Virus record (IMG/VR): IMGVR_UViG_3300016471_001132
Location: 72,095-136,094 of that record
Strand: one strand, 5' to 3'
DNA length: 64,000 nt
From: a virus
The translations under genes and the position numbers were made by a program. Every line of letters begins with the position of its first letter. Position 1 is the first letter of the stretch. Positions 20,093 through 28,565 of this stretch are shown here, piece after piece. A model generated the notes under the pieces. That model had not been told where the DNA came from and made no database searches. It was given only the letters and a program-made list of their open reading frames with translations.

Positions 20093-20261
20093 CTTTTTTC
20101 TCCTCTTTGGGTTCTTCGCCGGGATAGACCAGCCCTTCCATGATCTTTTGATTGAATTCTTCTTCGCTGAGGGCATGCCATCCACAGCAAAATCCAGTGG
20201 GACTGCGGCCACAGCCGCATGGTACTCCACCGTCACGAAACTGATCAGCTCGTACTTGCAT
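20082..20261 (-). CDS. CDGSH-like iron-sulfur/zinc finger protein
   Basis: CGCGRSPTGFCCGWH resembles CxCxxSxxxPxCDGSH. Confidence 0.65.
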   Translation of the reverse strand: MQVRADQFRDGGVPCGCGRSPTGFCCGWHALSEEEFNQKIMEGLVYPGEEPKEEKKDES

Positions 20262-20452
20262 CACTTCTTCTCTGCCATGGCTTCTTTTTCGGCCGTGATC
20301 TCTTTGCGGCGCTCTTTGATGGCTTTGCTCATTTCTTGTAGAGCTTTGCGAGCACGGGCGGCTGCGGCTTTTACGCCTTTGGCTGTGAACTTCTCGTTTT
20401 CCGAGATGTAGGTTTCAAATGCTGCTTTGATTGCGTCATGGTTTGCGGACAT
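20261..20452 (-). CDS. Histone H1-like (Hc1-like) basic protein
   Basis: EKFTAKGVKAAAARARKALQEMSKAIKERRKE resembles the chlamydial Hc1 N-domain pattern. Confidence 0.65.
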   Translation of the reverse strand: MSANHDAIKAAFETYISENEKFTAKGVKAAAARARKALQEMSKAIKERRKEITAEKEAMAEKK

Positions 20453-20684
20453 AGTCGTTTCCTTTGATGATTAGTAATTCGATACCATCGGCTGCTGCCT
20501 TTGGTTGTTGGGTTTCATAATCTTTCGCATCGATGATGCGAAACTTCTGCTTTCCGAACCAGTTTGTGAACTTCATATCTCGTTCCATCTCTGTATCGGT
20601 TTCGTCGGTACCAGCGGCCAACAAGGCTTCGTGCCAACTCATTTCGACCATCTTGTGCCCAGAAGACACATCAGTGATTTTCAT
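20436..20684 (-). CDS. Hypothetical protein (apparently leaderless)
   Basis: ATG 6 nt after the -10 box. Confidence 0.65.
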   Translation of the reverse strand: MKITDVSSGHKMVEMSWHEALLAAGTDETDTEMERDMKFTNWFGKQKFRIIDAKDYETQQPKAAADGIELLIIKGNDYVRKP

Positions 20685-20690
20685 ATAGTT

Positions 20691-20719
20691 ATTTTATGCT
20701 ACTTATGCAGGTCAGTCAA
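20691..20719 (-). promoter_or_regulatory. Early sigma70-type promoter
   Basis: TTGACT-17-TAAAAT. Confidence 0.8.
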
Positions 20720-20724
20720 GGCTT

Positions 20725-21006
20725 TTACCACCACAACATGGCTCTACCAAAGCCAAAAATATTGATTATGGCAAAGTACACGGTGAGTAGCATGATCCAG
20801 GCACTGCCGCGACGGTAGCTGGCATACACTTGGCAAATGGCACCCACAAAAAATCCCGGGTACACCAATCGCATGTCTGGATCATCTGCATGCATAGCAA
20901 GGTAAAGGCTAGCGGCCACAGTAAACAAGAAGCTAACCATCTCAAACACAAAGGCTATGCGATCGGAATGGAAACTGGCACTCCAGAAATCTCTTATCTT
21001 TTGCAT
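20725..21006 (-). CDS. Small multi-pass membrane protein
   Basis: Three hydrophobic segments. Confidence 0.75.
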   Translation of the reverse strand: MQKIRDFWSASFHSDRIAFVFEMVSFLFTVAASLYLAMHADDPDMRLVYPGFFVGAICQVYASYRRGSAWIMLLTVYFAIINIFGFGRAMLWW

Positions 21007-21248
21007 CAGTCAGCGTGTATGTGTCGCTTGTTCCAGCAATCCCAGATGGTGACTTGCTGCCAATCTCCGGACCAATTCATCTGGAAATGGCTTAGTGTAC
21101 GATGTTCAAATATCTTCATGCGGTTGGTCTCGATGGTCACTTGCACATTGGCTGTCTTAGCCCAGGCACGCAAGTTTTGTTCCGCGTTGCGTTCTCGTAC
21201 GATCACGATGTAAAGGGGCTCGGCGGCCCGAAAATTGCTGATGGTCAT
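21006..21248 (-). CDS. Hypothetical protein
   Basis: Stop/start overlaps. Confidence 0.7.
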   Translation of the reverse strand: MTISNFRAAEPLYIVIVRERNAEQNLRAWAKTANVQVTIETNRMKIFEHRTLSHFQMNWSGDWQQVTIWDCWNKRHIHAD

Positions 21249-21529
21249 TAATGTAAGGTGACACCATCGGGCGTGTGCCGTGGTGATTTCTTTTCCTGTT
21301 TGGCAGTGTGCTGTTTAGTGGTTTTGTCTCTTTGTGCCAGCATGGCACGGAATTCCTCATCCAAGGCAAAGAATTCTTGATCGTGTGTACGAGCTCGCAC
21401 TTCGGTGACCCCGACCAGGCGCATGATATGGCCGATGCACACCTGCTGATAGCCTCGGCGATACATGATCTCGCAGATGTCTATGATTAGGTCCTGCACC
21501 GCGGCTTCAAGGTCTTTGTCGTCCAGCAT
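21248..21529 (-). CDS. Hypothetical protein (late, apparently leaderless)
   Basis: TAAATA at 21534-21539, ATG 4 nt downstream. Confidence 0.75.
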   Translation of the reverse strand: MLDDKDLEAAVQDLIIDICEIMYRRGYQQVCIGHIMRLVGVTEVRARTHDQEFFALDEEFRAMLAQRDKTTKQHTAKQEKKSPRHTPDGVTLH

Positions 21530-21560
21530 TTGGTATTTAAGCCAATTGGCACGGCCAACA

Positions 21561-21586
21561 AAAAAGGCTACCCGGAGGTAGCCTTT
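21561..21586 (-). terminator. Intrinsic terminator
   Basis: AAAGGCTACC-TCCG-GGTAGCCTTTTT. Confidence 0.85.
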
Positions 21587-21640
21587 GACTTGAGAGACTT
21601 ACAGTCTGGGCCTACACCCAGCGTCCTGCTCTCTGCGGGT

Positions 21641-21964
21641 TTACGCCTCGACCCGGGCCTTGGCAGCGACCTTGGCGGGCTTGACAGCCACCTTGATCTC
21701 GGCCTTTTTAGCGACCTTGGTCTTCTCGGCCAGTTTATTGGCCACCGCATATCCTGCGTCGCCCTCGGTGATGCCCAGAGTCTGCAGATGCTGCAAGGCC
21801 TCGAGTTTGGTCATCGGACGGGGTAGTTCTACCAAGTTAATGTTGGTGCAACCTGACTTGGTCAGGATCTTGACGCGAGCGACCATGTCGTTGGCGAAAC
21901 GAGCTTTGGTCACGCCGTTCTGGGTTGCGGTGCCTGCTACGGTAAAGAGTTTTTCAGTTGCCAT
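21641..21964 (-). CDS. Basic Ala/Lys-tailed hypothetical protein
   Basis: SD AAAGG; start moved to MATEK. Confidence 0.75.
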   Translation of the reverse strand: MATEKLFTVAGTATQNGVTKARFANDMVARVKILTKSGCTNINLVELPRPMTKLEALQHLQTLGITEGDAGYAVANKLAEKTKVAKKAEIKVAVKPAKVAAKARVEA

Positions 21965-22045
21965 GATGTAGTTGCCTTTCAAATTGCCTAAAGTTGAAGT
22001 TAAGAACTGCTATTTCGAAATATGCCAATTTCTTAGCATACTCAT

Positions 22046-22074
22046 ATTATAGCAAAAAGGGATTTAATGGTCAA
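22046..22074 (-). promoter_or_regulatory. Early sigma70-type promoter
   Basis: TTGACC-17-TATAAT. Confidence 0.85.
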
Positions 22075-22384
22075 CCTCTTTTTGCTGTTTGGATTTGCCC
22101 TTTTTACCCCCCATGCTTGCAGGGGCTTGGAACCTACCCAAATTCTGTTGGAGTTCCTGTACCTGCTTCCGCGCGGCCCAGGCTTCTTTGTTGTACTCTT
22201 CAAATCGTTCGAAACAGCGTTCAAACCGTCGCTGGTACACCTTTTGGTAAGCCCGCAGTGCCTCTACTGCCTCGTGGATTTCCATGCGACCATTTTCCAA
22301 GTCGTCTAAGATCTCATCGATGTCTTCTACAACATTCCAGCATCGCAGGATGTGCTGTTCAAGATCGAATGCCAGTTCACTCAT
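22064..22384 (-). CDS. Hypothetical coiled-coil protein
   Basis: ATGA-coupled ORF. Confidence 0.7.
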   Translation of the reverse strand: MSELAFDLEQHILRCWNVVEDIDEILDDLENGRMEIHEAVEALRAYQKVYQRRFERCFERFEEYNKEAWAARKQVQELQQNLGRFQAPASMGGKKGKSKQQKEVDH

Positions 22385-22509
22385 CGCGCTAACTCCTGAG
22401 ATTTCTCTTTAACCACAGTGACACCGCTGTCTAACAAGCGGGCTACCCCAGAGAATCCAATGGTGGCAACCACGATACCCAAAACAAAACCCAAGATAAA
22501 CTTACTCAT
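22381..22509 (-). CDS. 42-aa membrane protein (not in track)
   Basis: MSKFILGFVLGIVVATIGFSGVARLLDSG...; SD GGAG; ATGA overlap. Confidence 0.7.
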   Translation of the reverse strand: MSKFILGFVLGIVVATIGFSGVARLLDSGVTVVKEKSQELAR

Positions 22510-22618
22510 TGTTGCTCTCCTTCATCAGTCGTTTTAACAAGTCAGCGATCTCATGCCGTTCATAGATGTTGAGATGATCCTTTTTCAACACAGCCCAGAT
22601 CAGATATTCTATGGTCAT
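22502..22618 (-). CDS. 38-aa protein (not in track)
   Basis: MTIEYLIWAVLKK...; fills the gap with overlaps on both sides. Confidence 0.55.
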   Translation of the reverse strand: MTIEYLIWAVLKKDHLNIYERHEIADLLKRLMKESNNE

Positions 22619-22950
22619 ACTATGGCCCGGTCTTGATAAACGAATCTATCGCTGTAGAACCGGAGTCCCAATCTGCGTACGGTATCGGCCATCTGTTGTG
22701 GAGCAGATTCAAACGCCGATCTGAGATCATCCTTGGTGATGCCTTCCTCGGCCTGCAAGATGTAGATCTCGTAATGCCGTTGTGGATTGGCCTGGGCCCG
22801 CATCCTCCAATGCTGGAGATTGGTCAATTTGTAGGGAGGATTTTGGATGCCTTTGAGCATGGCCCAAGCTCGTTCCTGTTCACACTCAGTGACATCGATC
22901 ACGGCTTCGAGTCCATCGCAGTCCCACATCAAGGCAAAGGTATGGCTCAT
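22615..22950 (-). CDS. Hypothetical phage protein
   Basis: Start moved to MSHTF (ATGA). Confidence 0.7.
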   Translation of the reverse strand: MSHTFALMWDCDGLEAVIDVTECEQERAWAMLKGIQNPPYKLTNLQHWRMRAQANPQRHYEIYILQAEEGITKDDLRSAFESAPQQMADTVRRLGLRFYSDRFVYQDRAIV

Positions 22951-23675
22951 GCCACTCTCACTCGATTGAGTTGCGTGGAGTTTTCGCGATGTGCTTTCAC
23001 GGTGCCACGGATGCGGCACTGGTGGCCGTTTGACAATCTCTCGCGAAAACTGAAGAACACAGCCTGTTTGGAGGGAGTGACTGCGGTGATGAAGTACACA
23101 CCATAGTTCTGGCTGTACACAGATTTCACAACGGTGATCTCTAGGTCCACTTTGTCGCCGACGGGAGCCACGGGCTCGTTGCGGATGCCCTCCATGGCTG
23201 CCTCTAGTTGCACAGCCTCTTCGTAACTCTTGATCTGGCTGGGCACCAGGGCCAACTCATAACGGGTGTTCCACTCGTCAAAGTCTTCCAGGGTGACCAT
23301 GCGCTGGCAGGCAGTTTCGAATTCGCTCATGGGCGTGCCTTTGAGTGTGCTCATCAGGAGTTTTTTGCCCAGCCAGTCTCGGGCTCGAGCACCCAAGTCA
23401 CGATCTTGCTCGGTGATCATGCTGGCATCGTCCAAGGCCTGCTTCATGACATCGCGATTCCTGCGTCGCAGGACGGTTTCGGTCCAGAGACCTTGATCGT
23501 CTCGGGCATACTCATGATCTTTGAGATACTCTCCACCATTGACCCTATAGGCCGTGGCGGCCGCGGCCCAAACGGTATCCGCAGTCCAGGCCACTGGACG
23601 CTCGGGTGCCCGTGGTTTTCGAGAGTTATTCACCTGAGCCGAAATGCTGTATTTGGATCGGTATCTGCTGTACAT
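22947..23675 (-). CDS. Hypothetical protein with putative C-terminal OB-fold
   Basis: VGDKVDLEITV...CRIRGTVKAH...TQLNRV; early promoter 23706-23734 (TTGACC-17-TATAAT) and GGAG SD. Confidence 0.7.
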   Translation of the reverse strand: MYSRYRSKYSISAQVNNSRKPRAPERPVAWTADTVWAAAATAYRVNGGEYLKDHEYARDDQGLWTETVLRRRNRDVMKQALDDASMITEQDRDLGARARDWLGKKLLMSTLKGTPMSEFETACQRMVTLEDFDEWNTRYELALVPSQIKSYEEAVQLEAAMEGIRNEPVAPVGDKVDLEITVVKSVYSQNYGVYFITAVTPSKQAVFFSFRERLSNGHQCRIRGTVKAHRENSTQLNRVRVA

Positions 23676-23753
23676 ATCTGCTCCAATATTTCACTGTATG
23701 CCTAAATTATAGCAAATGGGCAAATATTGGTCAACCTGCTTGAATCGCTGTGG

Positions 23754-24311
23754 TTAGCGACCACTGACCAAATGTTGGAAATATGCATAATGATCTTGCA
23801 GGGTCCAAGCATCTGGATCCACTACACGACCGTCGTAAGTCTCAAACTGGGCATCAAACACCTGCATATATCTCCGGAATGGCCGCCACACATCAGGAGT
23901 ATGGCTGGCCCACCCTGCTTCTTTGAGAGCATGATGTTTGACACGGCTCAGTGTAACGGTAGGGCAATTCAATGCCTCGTCGATGGTGAGAACCCCCGCG
24001 ATCATCATGTCTCGGATCCTGGCTGCCGGGATCAAATGCTCAAAATCGGCACTGGCATCCACGCCCACTTCTCTATAATGTGCGCCTATATTCTCTTTGA
24101 TAGCATAGCCGTGATAGCGGCGTAAAAGATTGTCCATGTCATCACGCACCAGTCGCAGGGTCTGCTGGTCGTTGGTGCTGTTGCGATAGATCTTCAAGAT
24201 CTCGGCCAACCTACCCGAACAGTAGCGGTAAGTGGCACGATAACTTTCTGAGTTCCTGGGTGTGCGACCATACACCGGCGGCACGAAGTTTTCGATCAAT
24301 GTCCGATCCAT
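23754..24311 (-). CDS. Putative His-Me finger/HNH-like protein (EHxxP motif)
   Basis: DFEHLIP...PTVTLSR...PFRRY; coupled (TAATG) to the upstream ParB-like gene. Confidence 0.55.
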   Translation of the reverse strand: MDRTLIENFVPPVYGRTPRNSESYRATYRYCSGRLAEILKIYRNSTNDQQTLRLVRDDMDNLLRRYHGYAIKENIGAHYREVGVDASADFEHLIPAARIRDMMIAGVLTIDEALNCPTVTLSRVKHHALKEAGWASHTPDVWRPFRRYMQVFDAQFETYDGRVVDPDAWTLQDHYAYFQHLVSGR

Positions 24312-25348
24312 TAAAACAGTCCCAGGGCGATCACGCCCTCTTCGATGCCCATCTTGGATCCGTCGCCGTGATAAGGCAAGTTCAATTTACCACCTTTGAC
24401 TTTGTGTACTTCACGCAAGAAATTCGCCATGGCTGTGGGCGCGGTCCAAGTAGCACCGTCTCCTTTGTAGAACGCCCATTGTGCTCGGCCCTTGGCATGT
24501 ACTATGGCACTGTCTGACCATACACCGCTGATGCTTTTGAGCAGAGTGTCCATCCAATCTTCAGGAAGGATCAACCCAGCTGTTCCAGCTAGGCGTCGTA
24601 GCTCATACAGTCCGATGAACACACCTTGATCGATTTCTTCGTTCTTGGGAAAGTTGTTGCGGATGGCTTGCAGGATGCGATATAGCACCTTGCCCGATAC
24701 ATCAGCATCGATGGCTTTCTGCGCATACTTGAAATGACTGAAGAAATACGGGTTGTCGCCTCGCAGTGCCTCACTCTTGCGGGTGTTTTTGTCTTCGAGA
24801 TCTATGCCCAAGGCGTCAAATTGTTCCTGCATGTTCCATGCTTTGACATTTTTGATTTCTCGGCTACCATTGCGATAGCGCACCAGAGCGTTGCGATGCA
24901 AATCGCCAGGACCCAGGCGTTTGACGCCAGTGTCATTCAGCATCTCAAATGCGTAGGAAGGAAAATTGGGATCGTCGGTTTCTACCACAGCACAGGGTAT
25001 GTCGGTGTAGCCCAGAATGGTGGCGGCCAGGGTACGATGCTGTCCGTCGTAGGTGTCAATGGTATCACGGCCAGTGACTTGGCAGGCCGACACTGGCGAG
25101 CAGATGCGTGGGTCCCACTTTTTCATGATCCGCATGACATGTTTGTGGATGACATCTCGCTGTACTTCGTAATCGATCCACAATGCATCGATCCGAGCCA
25201 TGGTGCTTTCGGGAAAACTCTGTGGGAGGTTATGAGCTCGATGCCGCCATGAATCCAGTTCGCGATCTGTGACTTCGAATTCTCGTTTGATAGTGGCTTC
25301 TACTTCTTGTGCCACATCCGTGAGTTTGCGTGTTAGGCGTTTAGCCAT
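24311..25348 (-). CDS. ParB/Srx-like DGQHR-domain protein
   Basis: LWIDYEVQR...YDGQHR...AFEMLN; start moved to MAKRL (SD AAGGA). Confidence 0.8.
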   Translation of the reverse strand: MAKRLTRKLTDVAQEVEATIKREFEVTDRELDSWRHRAHNLPQSFPESTMARIDALWIDYEVQRDVIHKHVMRIMKKWDPRICSPVSACQVTGRDTIDTYDGQHRTLAATILGYTDIPCAVVETDDPNFPSYAFEMLNDTGVKRLGPGDLHRNALVRYRNGSREIKNVKAWNMQEQFDALGIDLEDKNTRKSEALRGDNPYFFSHFKYAQKAIDADVSGKVLYRILQAIRNNFPKNEEIDQGVFIGLYELRRLAGTAGLILPEDWMDTLLKSISGVWSDSAIVHAKGRAQWAFYKGDGATWTAPTAMANFLREVHKVKGGKLNLPYHGDGSKMGIEEGVIALGLF

Positions 25349-25399
25349 GATTTTCCTTTCGTTGCCCGACACAATGCGGGATCTAGTTACTAGGCTTTT

Positions 25400-25428
25400 A
25401 TTGTATTACAATTTGAGTTTCTGGTCAA
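25400..25428 (-). promoter_or_regulatory. Early sigma70-type promoter
   Basis: TTGACC-17-TACAAT. Confidence 0.75.
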
Positions 25429-25451
25429 CCTCGTGGTTAGTGCCCACTAAC

Positions 25452-26702
25452 TTAGGATTTTTGGAAAATCCATAGATCTTCAAAGTTGCCACCGCGGGTT
25501 TTTTTGGCTTGGCGACTGCCTCCCATGGCGCTCCATTGCACCCTGTAATGATCTGTTGGTGTGAGATATAGTGCGGCACGATCTCGCATGTCTTGACTGA
25601 TGGTGGTCATGACTTTGTGCTTGTTGACATAGTTGCTGATGACGAAGCCAAACTTGGCCCCAGGGCGCATGACTTCTCTGCACAATTTCACAGTCTCTTC
25701 CCAGTAGCCCGTGAGCCAGTGTTGATAATCAGGAAAGTTGGTAAAGCTCTGATCTTCACTGTCGTAGATCTCAAGATCATAGTAGGGAGGACTGAACAGC
25801 ACAGCGTCAACTTGATCTTTGTACCGATCAATGAATTGATGCCGTTGTTGCAGTTGCTCGCTGGGACATAGATAGAGATCTATCTGCTTGTCTTGGATCT
25901 CAAATAGATTACCGCTTCGCCACTGCTGAAATTCTTGGTGCAACAAGTGACCATTGTCTACCACAGACGGTATGACATCAGTGGCTATGAACCGCTGGAA
26001 ATCACTGCTGTAGAATGCAGTCTGATAACTGTTCCATCCCATGACCGGCGCGAACAAAGTCTCACCGGTGAATACTTCTCTCAGGATCTCCCGATAAGTG
26101 GCCGGATTGAAAGTGCTGGGGCGATTGGCTCCCATCATGAATGCACGCCAAAAATCTCCGCTGTCCCCATCATAACGACAGATCTGATCGAAGAACGCTG
26201 GCCCTACCAAGCTGTTGCGTATCTTGAATTCTTCCAACATCACGCGGAGCAAGCCAAACACATACTCGCTGTCAGTGCTCCAGAGCTTTTTTGTGTTGTA
26301 ATAGTTTTCAAAGTTGATGTTCTTACAGATGCGACCATATTTGGCGTTGGCACGGCCACCGAACACACCATCCTGCAGGATGTCTGTGTCAGGAATGTCG
26401 AAATAAAAAGGCACTGGATTGGGCAATGCGCCCTGCGAACTGAACCACTGCCGCAATGATTTGTCTCGATCGGTGACTAGGATCTCATAGAGTTTCTGTT
26501 TGAACAATGGCAGTTTTTGTCCGCGTTGGTCTTTCTTGGCCACTCGCGCGATAAAGCTGTCAAGATCCTGCCTGACCTTGAATGTGCCTGACCTATCTGT
26601 GACATCTAGGATCTGTATGCTGTCGCAGAACTCTTGGAAGGTGGGGTTGGGGAGATTAAACAATGACAAAAAGTCTTGTTCAGTGAACACCAGGGATTTC
26701 AT
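25452..26702 (-). CDS. Amino-type (N4C/N6A) DNA methyltransferase
   Basis: Motif IV FSPPYY, degenerate motif I LFAPVMGW, ATDV; TATAAATA at 26707-26714. Confidence 0.8.
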   Translation of the reverse strand: MKSLVFTEQDFLSLFNLPNPTFQEFCDSIQILDVTDRSGTFKVRQDLDSFIARVAKKDQRGQKLPLFKQKLYEILVTDRDKSLRQWFSSQGALPNPVPFYFDIPDTDILQDGVFGGRANAKYGRICKNINFENYYNTKKLWSTDSEYVFGLLRVMLEEFKIRNSLVGPAFFDQICRYDGDSGDFWRAFMMGANRPSTFNPATYREILREVFTGETLFAPVMGWNSYQTAFYSSDFQRFIATDVIPSVVDNGHLLHQEFQQWRSGNLFEIQDKQIDLYLCPSEQLQQRHQFIDRYKDQVDAVLFSPPYYDLEIYDSEDQSFTNFPDYQHWLTGYWEETVKLCREVMRPGAKFGFVISNYVNKHKVMTTISQDMRDRAALYLTPTDHYRVQWSAMGGSRQAKKTRGGNFEDLWIFQKS

Positions 26703-26709
26703 CACGTAT

Positions 26710-27264
26710 TTATACCCGGTATACTTGGCAACCGTTGATTATCAAGTGTTCGTGTGCCGGCAGTGTGGCCAGATCTTTTTCTTCGACCAGGATGGCATCA
26801 TGATTGGGCTTGCCTCGATCGATCCAACGCTGCCTACGGGCCATCAAACAGCCTTGTACCAGTTGGATGCCTGCATTAGAAGTCACATCCCACAATCTCA
26901 CTAGGTGCAAGTTGTCTTTTCGACGAACAGCGAAGATGTATCTGTCATACTGCAGTTTGCCCTGGGCATGGAATTGGAAACCAGCGCGGCCCACAGTGCC
27001 TTTTTTGGCTGGTTTGACCGTGGCGCATTTCTGCTCAATCGCCACGCCGCCGCTCATGGCATCCTCTCCATTGCGATGGAAGTTGGTATTGTAGTCAGGG
27101 TCGTATTGGCTGACTATTTCCCAGATGCTCAACGAACTCAGTGTGTCATTGGCCAGGATGTCAATTTCATGAGCAGTCCAAACCGAGTTGTGCTCGGCGA
27201 AGATACGGTCCCGGGTCTGGATGAGGTCTTGTATGGCTTGTTTAGATAGGTATTTTCCTGACAT
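26710..27264 (-). CDS. Putative PD-(D/E)xK restriction-endonuclease-fold protein
   Basis: GEDA...VAIEQKC (D...ExK); adjacent to the MTase. Confidence 0.6.
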   Translation of the reverse strand: MSGKYLSKQAIQDLIQTRDRIFAEHNSVWTAHEIDILANDTLSSLSIWEIVSQYDPDYNTNFHRNGEDAMSGGVAIEQKCATVKPAKKGTVGRAGFQFHAQGKLQYDRYIFAVRRKDNLHLVRLWDVTSNAGIQLVQGCLMARRQRWIDRGKPNHDAILVEEKDLATLPAHEHLIINGCQVYRV

Positions 27265-27270
27265 TCTACG

Positions 27271-27299
27271 ATTATATCACAATTGCATTATTGTGTCAA
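27271..27299 (-). promoter_or_regulatory. Consensus sigma70 promoter, apparently leaderless
   Basis: TTGACA-17-TATAAT, ATG 6 nt downstream. Confidence 0.9.
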
Positions 27300-27301
27300 G
27301 A

Positions 27302-27616
27302 TCACCTAAAGAATATCAGGGCCATAAGGCTGCTTTGCAAGATAAATCCGCCGGCTATGGTCACTATCTGGAGGAAGTTCCTCTGCACACAGGCCTGTGC
27401 GAATAAGGCAGTGAGGCCGGCCCAGACCAGCAGCACCAGATCCACTGTAGGCATGCGATCGCTGAGCCCTGTCAGCACAGCCAACAAAGTGGGTATGGTA
27501 GCCGAGTGTATCAACAGCACTGCCAACCATCCCAGTGTCTCGGAAGAGACCGGTGCCATGTGGGCCTGCAACCAATCTAGGATTTTCTTGACATCCATAT
27601 CTTTGATCTGCATCAT
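27302..27616 (-). CDS. Small multi-pass membrane protein
   Basis: Hydrophobic; ATGA-coupled to the hydrolase gene. Confidence 0.7.
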   Translation of the reverse strand: MMQIKDMDVKKILDWLQAHMAPVSSETLGWLAVLLIHSATIPTLLAVLTGLSDRMPTVDLVLLVWAGLTALFAQACVQRNFLQIVTIAGGFILQSSLMALIFFR

Positions 27617-28158
27617 GCGTCCTTGTAAAAAATGTGTCGACCGATTTTGGCCACTCGGACCTTTTTCCACTGAGGTGGATTGATGTAATCGGCATGGAAG
27701 TACATGGCCTCTTTGAGAGCGGGCAGTCGGAAGCCTTCTAACAACACCATCTTGGCTGCTTCGTAACTTTCATCCCAGAGTTTTTGATGTACAGGCCTGG
27801 TTTTATGGATGTCTTCACACAACCAGGAAAACTGGCATATGACCTTGTTGTAAACGATGTTTTTCTGATAGATGACCTTGCAAGGATCGTCAGCGAACTG
27901 CCCGCTTTCCACCCGATTCAACACTACCTGTGCCACAGCCAGTTTGCCTTCGGCAGGCTCACCACCGGCTTCATAGTAGATATTTTTGGTCATGCAGTAC
28001 AACTGCCGCTCACGATCTTTGACCGTGACAAATTGATACGGTACTGCGTCTTTTTTGATCCTGAGATCACGGAGCTTGTCATTGGTGACCAAGCTCACAG
28101 TGGCCAAGCCAGTCAAGGCAGCCAATGCGAAAATAATATGTCGCATATATTTTACCAT
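27613..28158 (-). CDS. Cell wall hydrolase (SleB/Hydrolase_2 family)
   Basis: NIYYEAGGEP, VAQVVLNRV, CQFSW, YFHADY, IGRHIFY; SD AAGGAGG. Confidence 0.92.
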   Translation of the reverse strand: MVKYMRHIIFALAALTGLATVSLVTNDKLRDLRIKKDAVPYQFVTVKDRERQLYCMTKNIYYEAGGEPAEGKLAVAQVVLNRVESGQFADDPCKVIYQKNIVYNKVICQFSWLCEDIHKTRPVHQKLWDESYEAAKMVLLEGFRLPALKEAMYFHADYINPPQWKKVRVAKIGRHIFYKDA

Positions 28159-28300
28159 GGTAAATCCTCCTTTGGTGTAATGCACGATACTCTGTGCACC
28201 AACGGCCCGAAAATATAGCAAAAGCCGCTGTGATCTCTTTCGAGATGTAGTTTTATATAGTCTGTCTTGGAAGTATAATAAACTGAGTTTATGTAGTCGA
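28159..28300 (-). promoter_or_regulatory. Promoter plus structured ~110-nt 5' leader of the hydrolase gene
   Basis: TCGACT-17-TATACT; hairpins AUCUC-GAAA-GAGAU, CAGCGGCU/GGCCGUUG, UUGGUG/CACCAA. Confidence 0.55.
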
Positions 28301-28313
28301 CCACTAAGGATAA

Positions 28314-28553
28314 CTAGCCCCACTTGAGAGAGAAGGCACAACAATCTTTCTCGCTGTCGAAGTAGAATATGTATCGCCCAGGACGCTGATCATTTGACAT
28401 TTCTATCATCTGCCAGCGCCAGTCTTGTTCCAGTTCAGATTTGCACCAGTCGAGGATTGGCTCTAAACCGCCCCAGGGCTTGGATATCTCTCGGGCACAG
28501 GCAAAACTGTCTTTGTTCCTGGCGTGCGTTGTTTGAACCCCATCAAACAGCAT
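28314..28553 (-). CDS. Hypothetical phage protein
   Basis: W...GRYIFYFDSEKD...FSLKW pattern typical of small phage ORFs. Confidence 0.7.
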   Translation of the reverse strand: MLFDGVQTTHARNKDSFACAREISKPWGGLEPILDWCKSELEQDWRWQMIEMSNDQRPGRYIFYFDSEKDCCAFSLKWG

Positions 28554-28565
28554 GATCGGATATGA

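Noticed and set aside
21597-21607. tRNA-Tyr gene
   Set aside because: Only an anticodon-loop-like sequence; no T-arm or proper acceptor. Kept only as a low-interest RNA element.
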